A DNA stretch of 64,000 nt from contig CAVPBC010000003.1 of NCBI GenBank assembly GCA_963701785.1, positions 481,556-545,555 of the forward strand, in the 5' to 3' direction. Source of the stretch: an uncultured Bacteroidales bacterium (GTDB taxonomy: Bacteria; Bacteroidota; Bacteroidia; Bacteroidales; JAGOPY01). The notes beneath the pieces were generated by a model. It did not search any database and was not told the origin of the DNA. It worked only from the letters and a program-made list of their open reading frames with translations. A program made the position numbers and the translations under genes. Positions 1 through 8,352 of this stretch are shown piece after piece (the stretch's first letter is position 1; every line of letters starts with the position of its first letter).

Positions 1-894
1 GAAATGAACCGGACACTGGTCATGACGGAAGAAGTGCAGGGTGCTTCAAATATCGCCTCGGCCCATACGCTGGTTGATGGAAAACTTCAGGTCATCCCGC
101 ATTGCCGGATCGATAATATCGCCCCTGCTGCCAGCATCTCTTCATCGGTCAATGATATGAGCCATTGGCTCATTGCCCTGCTCGACAGCGGCCGATACAA
201 CGGGAAACAGGTCATTCCATGGCAGGCCATACGCAAAGCCCAATATCCAAGGTCTATCATCAGGCGTGCCGGGCACCCGTTCAATGCTTCCCATTATTCC
301 CTTTACGGATTGGGTTGGGACCTGCGTGATTATGAAGGGCGGGAAATCGTCTCCCATACCGGCGGGGTGGATGGTTTCGTGACTTCAGTAACCTTGTTGC
401 CGGAAGAAAACCTGGGCATTGTTGTCCTGACCAATACCGATATGAATGGCTTCTATGAAGCGCTCAAGTGGGAGATCATAGATGCCTACCTGGAGCTTCC
501 TTACCGCAATTACAGCCAGGTTTACATGAACCGGTATATGCCTGCTATGCAGAAAGACCTGGATATGGTTTCCTCCTGGAGAGATTCAGTTGAAATGAAA
601 TTGCCGATGAAAATCAAGCTTTCAAAATTTGAAGGCACTTATATGCATGAGGTTTACGGGAAGTCTTTTCTTAAAGCTGAAGGTGACCATCTGCTGATGA
701 CTTTGGAGCATCATCCTGACCTGACCGCGAAGCTTGAATATATCGGTAACGACCGTTTTCTTTGTACATACAGCCATCCTCTCTGGGGTATCAAAGTTTT
801 CCCTTTTGTGATCGAAGACGGGAAAGCCAGGTCGTTTACGCTCAGTGTCGCTGATTTCCTCGAATTTACAACTTATGAATTCATAAAGGAATAA
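1..894 (+). CDS. serine hydrolase of the beta-lactamase/PBP-like family, C-terminal part (5' end outside window)
   Basis: Frame is open from base 1 (track ORF 4..894). 'SHTGGVDGF' matches the KTG/HTG box of class-C beta-lactamase-like hydrolases and is followed by a ~130-aa C-terminal domain. The SxxK region is not in the window. Confidence 0.7.
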   Translation, partial: EMNRTLVMTEEVQGASNIASAHTLVDGKLQVIPHCRIDNIAPAASISSSVNDMSHWLIALLDSGRYNGKQVIPWQAIRKAQYPRSIIRRAGHPFNASHYSLYGLGWDLRDYEGREIVSHTGGVDGFVTSVTLLPEENLGIVVLTNTDMNGFYEALKWEIIDAYLELPYRNYSQVYMNRYMPAMQKDLDMVSSWRDSVEMKLPMKIKLSKFEGTYMHEVYGKSFLKAEGDHLLMTLEHHPDLTAKLEYIGNDRFLCTYSHPLWGIKVFPFVIEDGKARSFTLSVADFLEFTTYEFIKE

Positions 895-897
895 GGC

Positions 898-2052
898 TTA
901 TTTCTTAACTGAAGCTTTTACTGCTGCATGAAAGCCGGTAATATCATCTTCAATTTTTGATTGCCTGAACTTTTCTGCATAGCGAATCCCTTTCCCGGTC
1001 AAATCATCTCTTAATGACCGGGATTCCATAATTTTTCCGATCCAGGCCGCAATCTCCTCAAAATCATCCGGATTTACATATATAGCGGCATCACCGCCTG
1101 CTTCCGGAAAACATCCACCTTTTGAAGTGATGACCGGGATTTTACTGAAAAGCCCCTCAACGATAGGCATGCCAAAACCTTCAAATTGAGAGGGATAAAC
1201 CATTAATTGCGCATTCCTGCAAAGCCCGGGAACATATTTATAAGGCACATTTCCTAAAAAATGAACACGGTCTGAGAAGCCGTTCCTTATAATGTATGAC
1301 TGGATTTCTTTCAGATAATCTTTACCCAATCCAACTGCTGTGCCAATTACCACCAGGTCGAGATCGTATGTATCTTTAACAAGGTCAAAGGCATGAACCG
1401 TTTTTAACAGGTTTTTCCTTGGGGTAATAGCACCTATGCTGATAATGTACTTCCGGGGGGCTTTGAAATATTCATTGACATCCATGACTTCATCCTGGTA
1501 AAAGATCGGATCAGTGCCGGGATAAATAACAGTGATCTTATTTTCCGGCACCTGGTAAAAATTCACGATATCAAGCCTGGTCTGCTCACTGGCCGCAATA
1601 ATATAGTCAGCATTCCTGCAGGCATATTTTGTCTTCATTTTATAAAAGAATACATCAATAGCCGGGTAAAGTTTTGGATATCGGAGAAAAATCAGGTCAT
1701 GAATGACTACGACCTTGGTGGCTTTCACATTTTTGATGCCAAATGGTATTTCATTGCTTAACCCGTAATAAATATCAATTTTATCTTTCTGCAATTGCCC
1801 GGTGACCAGCCCGGAACGCCATAACGAGCCGCCCAGGATCCGGTGAAGGGGTTTATACGGAGTGATGATTATACTATTATCAGCGTCTACCTGATTTAAA
1901 TATGGGTTGTCCCCGGTTATTGATCTTGGAGTAAACAAATAAAACAGATCACCGGATGATTTCTTTGCCAGGGCACTATAAAACCTGCGGCCATAGTTCC
2001 CGAGGCCGCTGTTGTTGAAGAAAATCCTTTTAGCATCAATTCCGATGTTCAT
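898..2052 (-). CDS. glycosyltransferase family 4 (GT-B, group 1)
   Basis: 384-aa ORF with the C-terminal 'FEGFGMPIVEGLFSKIPVITS' E-x7-E motif typical of GT4 enzymes. Confidence 0.85.
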   Translation of the reverse strand: MNIGIDAKRIFFNNSGLGNYGRRFYSALAKKSSGDLFYLFTPRSITGDNPYLNQVDADNSIIITPYKPLHRILGGSLWRSGLVTGQLQKDKIDIYYGLSNEIPFGIKNVKATKVVVIHDLIFLRYPKLYPAIDVFFYKMKTKYACRNADYIIAASEQTRLDIVNFYQVPENKITVIYPGTDPIFYQDEVMDVNEYFKAPRKYIISIGAITPRKNLLKTVHAFDLVKDTYDLDLVVIGTAVGLGKDYLKEIQSYIIRNGFSDRVHFLGNVPYKYVPGLCRNAQLMVYPSQFEGFGMPIVEGLFSKIPVITSKGGCFPEAGGDAAIYVNPDDFEEIAAWIGKIMESRSLRDDLTGKGIRYAEKFRQSKIEDDITGFHAAVKASVKK

Positions 2053-2103
2053 TTCAAGGTGGTTTTTATGGTAACTGAAGGATTAACCCTTCAATTTCAA
2101 TAG

Positions 2104-2919
2104 CTAACTTAATGCAACATCTAAAAACATCATGACGGCAAAACCTAACATCGCACCGACAGTTGAAATATCAGTTTCGTTTCCTGTTTGCGATTCCGGA
2201 ATTAATTCTTCCACAACGACAAATATCATCGCACCGGCTGCAAAAGCAAGTGCATATGGTAATAATGGTTTAACCAGAAGGACCAGTAATGCACCCAGGA
2301 CACCGAATACCGGTTCCACGGCGCCCGATAATTGTCCGTACCAGAATGCTTTGATCCTTGAAAAACCTTCACGCCTTAATGGGATCGAAACTGCTGCACC
2401 TTCCGGGAAATTCTGCAACCCGATACCAACGGCAAGTGCAACTGCAGCACCAAGGGCTTCCGGTGAAAACTCCCCCGATAATGCGCCGAATGCGACACCC
2501 ACGGCAAGACCTTCAGGAATGTTATGTATAGTAATGGCCAAAACCAGCAAGATGCTTCTCTGCCAGCTTGTTTTTCGTCCTTCGGCTTTATCTATTTCCA
2601 AACCCAGATGAAGGTGGGGGAGTATCTTGTCGATGATGAATAAAAATAATCCTCCTGAAAGGAAACCTATGACTGCAGGCAGCCATGGAATGCCACCTGC
2701 GGCCTCTTCCATGTTAATCGCCGGTAAAAGCAACGACCAGAAACTGGCAGCTATCATGACACCAGCGGCGAAGCCCAGCATGGCATTCAGTATCTTTTTG
2801 TTTATGTTTTTAAAAAAGAAAACCATTGAAGAGCCCATGGCTGTAAGACCCCAGGTAAACAGGGTTGCAATCAGGGCCATCAGGATCGGGCTGTAACCTT
2901 GTAACCACTCAGTTTTCAT
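2104..2919 (-). CDS. zupT: ZIP-family divalent metal (zinc) transporter
   Basis: 271-aa polytopic membrane ORF with '[10 protein letters not shown]' and '[10 protein letters not shown]' ZIP signature helices. Confidence 0.85.
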   Translation of the reverse strand: MKTEWLQGYSPILMALIATLFTWGLTAMGSSMVFFFKNINKKILNAMLGFAAGVMIAASFWSLLLPAINMEEAAGGIPWLPAVIGFLSGGLFLFIIDKILPHLHLGLEIDKAEGRKTSWQRSILLVLAITIHNIPEGLAVGVAFGALSGEFSPEALGAAVALAVGIGLQNFPEGAAVSIPLRREGFSRIKAFWYGQLSGAVEPVFGVLGALLVLLVKPLLPYALAFAAGAMIFVVVEELIPESQTGNETDISTVGAMLGFAVMMFLDVALS

Positions 2920-2971
2920 ATACTTATGTATTACTTTACGTTATATTATTCGTTCCCAAAATTAGAGTTTT

Positions 2972-3028
2972 TCCGTCCTGCCTGGACAGGCAAAATTTAA
3001 TGTCCGGGCTGGGCGCTGAGTGTTCGCC
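2972..3028 (-). repeat. half copy of the ~160-nt attC-like repeat family (array-distal end)
   Basis: 'tccgtcctgcctggacaggcaaaatttaatgtccgggctgggcgctgagtGTTCGCC' aligns with the right arm of the copies at 7369, 8193, 11205 and 12143. The complementary arm is absent. Confidence 0.7.
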
Positions 3029-3040
3029 AGGCAATGTTGT

Positions 3041-3601
3041 TTAATTTCGCAATATGGTTCCATTTAACTGAATATGATCCCATTGTCCAATAGGTTCGTT
3101 CTGATAATAAACCTGCATTTCATCTATCCACTCTCCTTTATAATTCCTTTGTAATATCGACTCCTTTAGAATAATACTTGTTACTTCACCGCCCATGGTT
3201 CCTTGAAAAAAATCATACCAGGTACGGTAATGACCAAGACTATCAGGAATAGTGAAATTTTCATTTTCTAATAAATTAATTATCAGTAGTTTAGAACTAT
3301 CATATTTTTCTTCAATACGTAATGCATCTATTTTCAAATTGTGGAAGCTGTTTTTTGAGATCGAGTCTAATAAAATATTTACTGTTTTCAATAAATCATG
3401 ATCATTTTTAATTTTGATATAATGGTCAACAACTGGAACAAATTTATAGGAAATATTTACTGAATCAAATATTTCCCTGGTTGAATAAAGAGCAAATTCA
3501 TTATCAACCTTGGATAAACTGTTAGTATTACAACCGCAAATAAAAACTGTGATAATGAAATATAATAGGATAGATGTAAGAAATTGTTTCATCTTAAACA
3601 T
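3041..3601 (-). CDS. hypothetical lipoprotein
   Basis: 186-aa ORF with an N-terminal signal and a lipobox-like 'FICGC'. I recognise no family. Confidence 0.6.
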   Translation of the reverse strand: MFKMKQFLTSILLYFIITVFICGCNTNSLSKVDNEFALYSTREIFDSVNISYKFVPVVDHYIKIKNDHDLLKTVNILLDSISKNSFHNLKIDALRIEEKYDSSKLLIINLLENENFTIPDSLGHYRTWYDFFQGTMGGEVTSIILKESILQRNYKGEWIDEMQVYYQNEPIGQWDHIQLNGTILRN

Positions 3602-3603
3602 TG

Positions 3604-3909
3604 TTAGGCCACGTTTTCTTTATACTTTTTGATAACCTTGAATTCGTCTCTTTTGACTGAAATTTCTTCCTCTAGATCAAAGTCATCTTGAAGTCCGAGC
3701 CAGAATTTTGCAGAATTACCAAAATAATTACTTAACCTGAGCGCAGTGTCAGCTGTAATCCTTCTTTTCCCTTTCAAAATTTCACTAATCCTGTTTTGAG
3801 GAATATTAATGTCCTTCGATAATTTATAAGCAGAGATCTTTAAAGGGGTTAAAAATTCCTCAAGTAGAATTTCTCCGGGATGTATATTATTCAACTTTAC
3901 CATATTCAT
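3604..3909 (-). CDS. higA: HigA-family antitoxin (XRE HTH)
   Basis: 101 aa. 'HPGEILLEEFL..ISAYKLSKDINIPQNRISEILKGKRRITADTALRLSNYFGNSAKFWLGLQ' is the canonical HigA pattern. Confidence 0.9.
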   Translation of the reverse strand: MNMVKLNNIHPGEILLEEFLTPLKISAYKLSKDINIPQNRISEILKGKRRITADTALRLSNYFGNSAKFWLGLQDDFDLEEEISVKRDEFKVIKKYKENVA

Positions 3910-3914
3910 GCATT

Positions 3915-4091
3915 TTAATGATAATCAATTATTTCGACATTATATGAGTGCCCATTATCCCAATGAAAAATAATCCTCCATTGGTCATTAATACGTATGC
4001 TATGAAAATCTTTTAATTCTCCTTTGAGTTTCTCTAAATTATTAGAAGGCGGAATAATTAAATCATTCAAATTCAAAGAATTATTTAACAT
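3915..4091 (-). pseudogene. higB: 5'-truncated HigB (RelE-like killer protein) remnant
   Basis: My own translation gives 58 aa, below the track cutoff: MLNNSLNLNDLIIPPSNNLEKLKGELKDFHSIRINDQWRIIFHWDNGHSYNVEIIDYH. This matches the C-terminal two thirds of HigB toxins. The N-terminal ~30 aa are missing, with an in-frame TGA just upstream. It ends 5 nt before higA. Confidence 0.7.
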
Positions 4092-4107
4092 TCTGAGTTT
4101 TCTTCAA

Positions 4108-4125
4108 GCGCGCTCGTTACCACCC
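4108..4125 (-). repeat. 18-nt remnant of a 160-nt-family attC-like site plus the core of the next cassette
   Basis: 'gcgcgctcGTTACCACCC'. The 'gcgcgctcgtta' part is identical to the end of the copy at 11351-11360. The rest of the repeat and the higB 5' end are deleted. Confidence 0.6.
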
Positions 4126-4139
4126 GTTTTGATATGAGT

Positions 4140-4397
4140 CTAATCGTAATGAAACCTGCATTTAGCGATTTGAATCTCATCATTTACGTTCCTATATATC
4201 AATCGATGTTCTTCGGTAATTCTTCTGGACCAAAATCCCTGGTACTTATGTTTTAAAGGCTCAGGTTTTCCTAAACCGGAATAGTGGTTTCGCGAAATAT
4301 CTTTCAATAAATTATTTATTCTGGCCATTATCTTTTTATCGTTCTGCTGCCAATACAAATAATCTTCCCAGGACTCTTCGACAAAAACATATTTCAT
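4140..4397 (-). CDS. yoeB: YoeB/Txe-family toxin (mRNA interferase)
   Basis: 85 aa. 'WEDYLYWQQNDKK...GLGKPEPLKHKYQGFWSRRITEEHRLIYR' is the canonical YoeB pattern. It overlaps yefM by 4 nt. Confidence 0.92.
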   Translation of the reverse strand: MKYVFVEESWEDYLYWQQNDKKIMARINNLLKDISRNHYSGLGKPEPLKHKYQGFWSRRITEEHRLIYRNVNDEIQIAKCRFHYD

Positions 4398-4648
4398 GAC
4401 TCAATCAGATCTTTTTGAAACGATGATCTATTTTTTAATTTTTCAATAGCTGAATCTAACCTCTGTTCATTAATCTTAGATGATAATTCATGAGAGGTTG
4501 CCTTGAGCGAATTATATTCTTCTAAAGACATGATAACTACACCAGTGTCTTTTCCTCGGTTAATGATCAGTGTTTCAAAATTCCTGGTCACATTATCCAA
4601 ATACCGTTTAATATCTTTACGGAATTCGGAAATTGTCGTTGTTAACAT
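4394..4648 (-). CDS. yefM: YefM/Phd-family antitoxin
   Basis: The real start is Met48 of track ORF 4394..4789 ('MLTTTISEFRKDIKRYLDNV...VIMSLEEYNSL'). It is preceded by AAAGGAG. The upstream extension runs into the attC-like site. Confidence 0.9.
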   Translation of the reverse strand: MLTTTISEFRKDIKRYLDNVTRNFETLIINRGKDTGVVIMSLEEYNSLKATSHELSSKINEQRLDSAIEKLKNRSSFQKDLIES

Positions 4649-4663
4649 ATTATAGCTCCTTTC

Positions 4664-4693
4664 TGTACAAAATAAGGTACAAATATACGTACA
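4664..4693 (-). promoter_or_regulatory. putative yefM-yoeB operator/promoter
   Basis: Three GTACA cores at 12-nt spacing (TGTACA 4664-4669, GGTACA 4676-4681, CGTACA 4688-4693), 16-45 nt upstream of yefM. The minus strand reads TATATTTG (4680-4687), matching the Bacteroidetes -7 consensus TAnnTTTG. TGTACA-type palindromes are the known YefM-YoeB operator core in E. coli. Confidence 0.5.
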
Positions 4694-4743
4694 AATAAGT
4701 AAACTATTGCATAATTTGGAAAAAATATATTTGATCCCAAAAT

Positions 4744-4877
4744 GGGTGGTAACGGTTACGTGTATGAGTAGTGGTGGAGTACGGGGCACTTTCCTGTCAA
4801 ACTACACCGAAATTGATGCGAGGTCGAATGCTCGAATACGCTACAAGCTCCGCCATTACTTATACACGATGTTATTC
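4744..4877 (-). repeat. attC-like imperfect palindrome (unique sequence)
   Basis: GGGTGGTAAC...GTTATTC. The arms 'gtgtatgagtagtggtggagt' and 'gctccgccattacttatacac' are near-complementary. Confidence 0.7.
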
Positions 4878-4987
4878 CCCTGTAATTTTATATCACTTTT
4901 TATTATTTTTAGCAGTTCCCGTTTTATGTGCACAAAATACTATCCGGAGTATCTGTTTGATAAAAGGTCCTCGCTAATCACAATCAT

Positions 4988-6670
4988 TTATTTTAGCAAT
5001 ACGACACCAATCAATAGTCCGGCAAAGAGAATACCTATACTGATCAATATCCACCACCAGAGTTTACCCCATTTAGGAATCATAATTTCCCCGTCACCAT
5101 CTGTAAGAATAGTCCATGATCGAAATTCTTTTTTTAAGGCCCAGCGTTGAAAAAGGAAAATTAATAATCCGCCCGGCAGAGCGCCCAGAACGACAATTGC
5201 CCACCAGGTCATCACGGGCAAGTATGACAGCGGCAATAAAAGAGACATATTCAGACTCATATTCACCAGTGGTAAAGCCACTGGTGTTATCCCTCCCAGA
5301 CCTATGAACGTTGTAACCAATACCAGAGGAAGGCATTGTAATAAAAATAGTCCGGCATTCTTATTGCAGACAGGAGCCAGAAAAACCATATGGAACACCA
5401 ATCCCAGAATTATTGGCAGGCTCAACATCACGGACACTTGAATTTGCCAACTAACATTCCCGGATAACATACTTAACATAAGAATTGCAATCGACACGGT
5501 GTATGAGACCACGACAGGTATAAGATTTCCAATCGTTTCAATGATGACTTTCTGACAGAAAGTCGTTTTACATCTCTTTAATGCGAAAAATCCTGCCATC
5601 AAAGCAATCGGACCTAGAAACACCACAGCGGTTATCCAAAAACGGAATCCCCTATTATATAGCCCCCTGTTGAGGAACAACAAAATCAAACTTATCAACA
5701 GGATTACAGGCCAGCTTATACCGACAATCCAGTTTGTCCGGAGGTTAGCCCGGGCCGAATGATATCGCCTGGCAGCTTCCTGCTGCACGTCCTCAGGAAA
5801 AAGTTTGCTTAGTGGCCCCGGTTCACGGGGATTGGATAGTTCGTTTTTAACATTTAACACAACAGGATGATCATATTGGAAGAAAAAATAGATATAGACA
5901 ACTCCATGAACCAAATCGGCTACCATTGTTTCAATCGTCCAGCTGGAACCTTTTTCCATATGGACGGCATCCATAATAGCTGTTGCATCCCTGAAACTTA
6001 ATGGACCCTCTTTTTCAAGCAAGGGGCCCAGCAATTCATAAGCTTTGTCATAACGCCAGCAAGGATATCCAAAACTATTGGAATGATTGGCTACATTGAA
6101 ATTTGTGGACACCAGGAATCCATCACCCGGTGGTTTTCGTGTGAACACCATTTCGCCATCTTCACCAGCACTTATAATAACAGCGTCACCCGTGGCATCT
6201 GCAAAATGCAGTTGGTCGTGCATATACGGATAGTGTTGATGGAGATTGGCCCACCTGATAACTTCCTCAACCCTGGAGCATTCATGCATTATCTGCATGA
6301 TATAATGATGGTAGTATTCTCCTTTAACCAGGATTCGCTCTTTGTGCGGATTGATATCAAATCTTGGTAATCCGTTTGCATCGTATGCCAATCCTTTCTC
6401 GTTTACCCCCTGTTGGGGATTATCCGGTGTACCAATCCATATTACTCCGTATTTGGAAGAGTCGCCCGGTTCCACCCAATAGTAGGAATCCGGATTGATG
6501 TAATCGTCATTTCCTCCGAAAAAAACACTATCTCCCTTTGATATAGTAATTATCGAACATCCGGAGTGAAAAGTCTTGGTATCAGAAGGTTCATCTGAAT
6601 AAATTTGTTGAGCACAGATTTCTAATACCGCAATTAGTATAAATAAATTAATGAGTAGAAGTTTCTTCAT
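4988..6670 (-). CDS. Ntn-hydrolase (peptidase C45 / choloylglycine-hydrolase-like) domain fused to a polytopic membrane domain
   Basis: 560 aa with a signal peptide. 'HSGCSIITI' is a candidate nucleophile Cys, followed by 'GGNDDY' and 'GVNEKGLAYD' as in C45/C59 Ntn hydrolases. From residue ~310 there are about 8 hydrophobic helices. Confidence 0.6.
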   Translation of the reverse strand: MKKLLLINLFILIAVLEICAQQIYSDEPSDTKTFHSGCSIITISKGDSVFFGGNDDYINPDSYYWVEPGDSSKYGVIWIGTPDNPQQGVNEKGLAYDANGLPRFDINPHKERILVKGEYYHHYIMQIMHECSRVEEVIRWANLHQHYPYMHDQLHFADATGDAVIISAGEDGEMVFTRKPPGDGFLVSTNFNVANHSNSFGYPCWRYDKAYELLGPLLEKEGPLSFRDATAIMDAVHMEKGSSWTIETMVADLVHGVVYIYFFFQYDHPVVLNVKNELSNPREPGPLSKLFPEDVQQEAARRYHSARANLRTNWIVGISWPVILLISLILLFLNRGLYNRGFRFWITAVVFLGPIALMAGFFALKRCKTTFCQKVIIETIGNLIPVVVSYTVSIAILMLSMLSGNVSWQIQVSVMLSLPIILGLVFHMVFLAPVCNKNAGLFLLQCLPLVLVTTFIGLGGITPVALPLVNMSLNMSLLLPLSYLPVMTWWAIVVLGALPGGLLIFLFQRWALKKEFRSWTILTDGDGEIMIPKWGKLWWWILISIGILFAGLLIGVVLLK

Positions 6671-6736
6671 TTTGGTTTTCTATTTTACTCATTTATTTTT
6701 ATTATCAATCATTCTCGGTGTTTGTTTTTTTATGAG

Positions 6737-6864
6737 GCATAACGTTTCGCTTGCAGATTCCGTGGCGGCTCGCGCAGCAGATTCTCTTCGGAAAGATAAT
6801 GATTTTGCGGTGAAAGAACTCAAAATTAGTTTAATGCCGTCATGGAATTTGCAAGCTGTTACCA
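6737..6864 (-). repeat. attC-like imperfect palindrome (unique sequence)
   Basis: GCATAAC...GTTACCA. The arms 'gcttgcagattccgtggcggc' and 'gccgtcatggaatttgcaagc' are near-complementary. Confidence 0.75.
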
Positions 6865-6884
6865 ATAGCCAGAATTTTGAATAA

Positions 6885-7340
6885 TTAACTACTTAAAGAT
6901 TTGATAATTGTTTCGACTAAAATTGTGTACTCATCTTCGCTTTGATTTATAAAACTTATATGGTTAGCTTTAATTACTTTTTCTTCGATATCCAATAGGA
7001 TATTTTTGAATTTCATGTGATCAATTTTATTCCATAAAACAGGAATTATAGGGCGATTAGAACTATTAAACATTCTAAATTCCCAATTACACCATTCGCT
7101 ATGAAGCCAATCAGGTGAAAGAAGTACAAGCAAAATTTTTGAATTATTTAGATGTGATTCGAGTATGGGTTTAAAATAATTTTTATGCGCATTTGATGTT
7201 ATATTGTCTTTGTCGTAGAATATCGAAATGTTTGAGTCTATTATTTTGAGCTTTTTTTCTAACTTATCGGCAAATTGTTTTACCGCATTAAAATTTTTCT
7301 CCTTTGACCAAGTATAACTCACGAATATTTCAATTGACAT
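6885..7340 (-). CDS. stand-alone TIR-domain protein
   Basis: 151 aa. 'IFVSYTW' (beta-A), 'FYDKD' and 'ILLVLLSPDWLHSEWCNWEF' (S-x-WC-x-x-E with the conserved Glu) are TIR hallmarks. There is no fused domain. Confidence 0.8.
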   Translation of the reverse strand: MSIEIFVSYTWSKEKNFNAVKQFADKLEKKLKIIDSNISIFYDKDNITSNAHKNYFKPILESHLNNSKILLVLLSPDWLHSEWCNWEFRMFNSSNRPIIPVLWNKIDHMKFKNILLDIEEKVIKANHISFINQSEDEYTILVETIIKSLSS

Positions 7341-7368
7341 AGTTACAGGTTATTTTTTGACTGGTTAT

Positions 7369-7529
7369 TGGTAACGCTCAGCGCAGCGCCCTGGGCCGGG
7401 TTAATTTGCACGGGCAGGCGGGCGCAAGCTAGCTCAAAGTTACTAATTCAAAGATCAACGTGACAATACCGCCCGCCTGACCGGGCAAAGTTTTTAGCGT
7501 CCGGCCTGGGCGATGCGCGAATGTTACCG
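7369..7529 (-). repeat. attC-like site, 160-nt family copy
   Basis: TGGTAAC gctcagcgcagcgccctgggccggg ... ccggcctgggcgatgcgcgaat GTTACCG. The long arms are complementary with bulges. Confidence 0.8.
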
Positions 7530-7685
7530 GCCGGCCATAGATCGTTGGAATTGCGCACTTCTTTTGCGAAAGTATTCGATAATCTGCTCTGGAGTCATAC
7601 CAGAAATTTCTTCAGTGATTTTCGCCCTGATGTCACGCATCAATTTGACTGAGTCGAAGGTTTTATTTAATGTATCAGTCTTCAT
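7524..7685 (-). CDS. small protein downstream of and overlapping the PIN gene; putative antitoxin partner
   Basis: 53 aa from 'MKTDTLNKTFDSVKLMRDIRAKITEE..'. Its ATG overlaps the PIN stop (gattATGAAGACTGA). Its stop codon TAA is the TTA of core GTTACCG. The function is inferred from context only. Confidence 0.45.
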   Translation of the reverse strand: MKTDTLNKTFDSVKLMRDIRAKITEEISGMTPEQIIEYFRKRSAQFQRSMAGR

Positions 7686-8136
7686 AATCGATAATATCTT
7701 TAGGTGAACGAATTTCAAGGGTTGGATAACCGTTTAAAATATTGATTGCATTATACCCCCTGATTCTTTTAAGATTGACGATGTGCTTAAAATTCCAGGA
7801 AACTAAAACGTCAATATTATTGATTGTGGCCAAAGCAATATGTAAACAGTCATCTAAACTGGCTTGACCAACTACATTTTCTTTAATATATTCCTGAGCC
7901 AATGAAATTACTTCTGGACTAATAGACACAATCTCAGGTTGAAGATTCAAATTATTAATCAGATCTTTAACATTTTGAGGGGCTCGAATCAATTCACTCT
8001 GAGTCAGGTCTGAGATAACCAATTCAAAATCATGATCTTGGAATTTTTTGAACAATCTTTTTGATTCGTCCTCAAATTCAGGATCGAAGTAACCTCCAAT
8101 GACCGAAGTGTCGATATAGATTTTTAGCTTTCTCAT
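7675..8136 (-). CDS. PIN-domain ribonuclease (VapC-like toxin)
   Basis: 153 aa. 'KIYIDTSVIGGY' (first acidic residue), 'DDCLHIALA' and 'LVSWNFKHI' fit the PIN fold signature. Confidence 0.8.
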   Translation of the reverse strand: MRKLKIYIDTSVIGGYFDPEFEDESKRLFKKFQDHDFELVISDLTQSELIRAPQNVKDLINNLNLQPEIVSISPEVISLAQEYIKENVVGQASLDDCLHIALATINNIDVLVSWNFKHIVNLKRIRGYNAINILNGYPTLEIRSPKDIIDYED

Positions 8137-8192
8137 TGATACAAAGATACGAAATATTGATCGAGCTAATATTGTAATATTATCTGGCTGGC

Positions 8193-8352
8193 CGGTAACG
8201 CTCAGCGCAGCGCCCTGGGCCGGGTTATTTGGCCGGGCAGGCGGGCGCCCGCTAGCTCAAAGTTACTAAATCAAAGATCAAAGTGACAATACCGCCCGCC
8301 TGACCGGGCAAAATTTTTAATGTCCGGCCTGGGCGCTGCGCTTCCGTTAGGC
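8193..8352 (-). repeat. attC-like site, 160-nt family copy
   Basis: CCGGTAAC...GTTAGGC, near-identical to the copies at 7369, 11205 and 12143. Confidence 0.8.

Noticed and set aside
4394-5150. Long version of the yefM ORF (131 aa from 4789) and plus-strand ORFs 4707..5150 and 4771..4977
   Set aside because: The upstream 47 codons of the long yefM ORF cross the operator/promoter and the attC-like site, and the conserved YefM sequence starts at Met48. The plus-strand ORFs run through the attC-like site and antisense to the Ntn-hydrolase gene.
6885-8136. TIR protein plus the PIN/small-protein pair as one three-gene defence operon
   Set aside because: They are separated by a complete attC-like site (7369-7529), and each has its own matching cassette ends, so they are independent cassettes.
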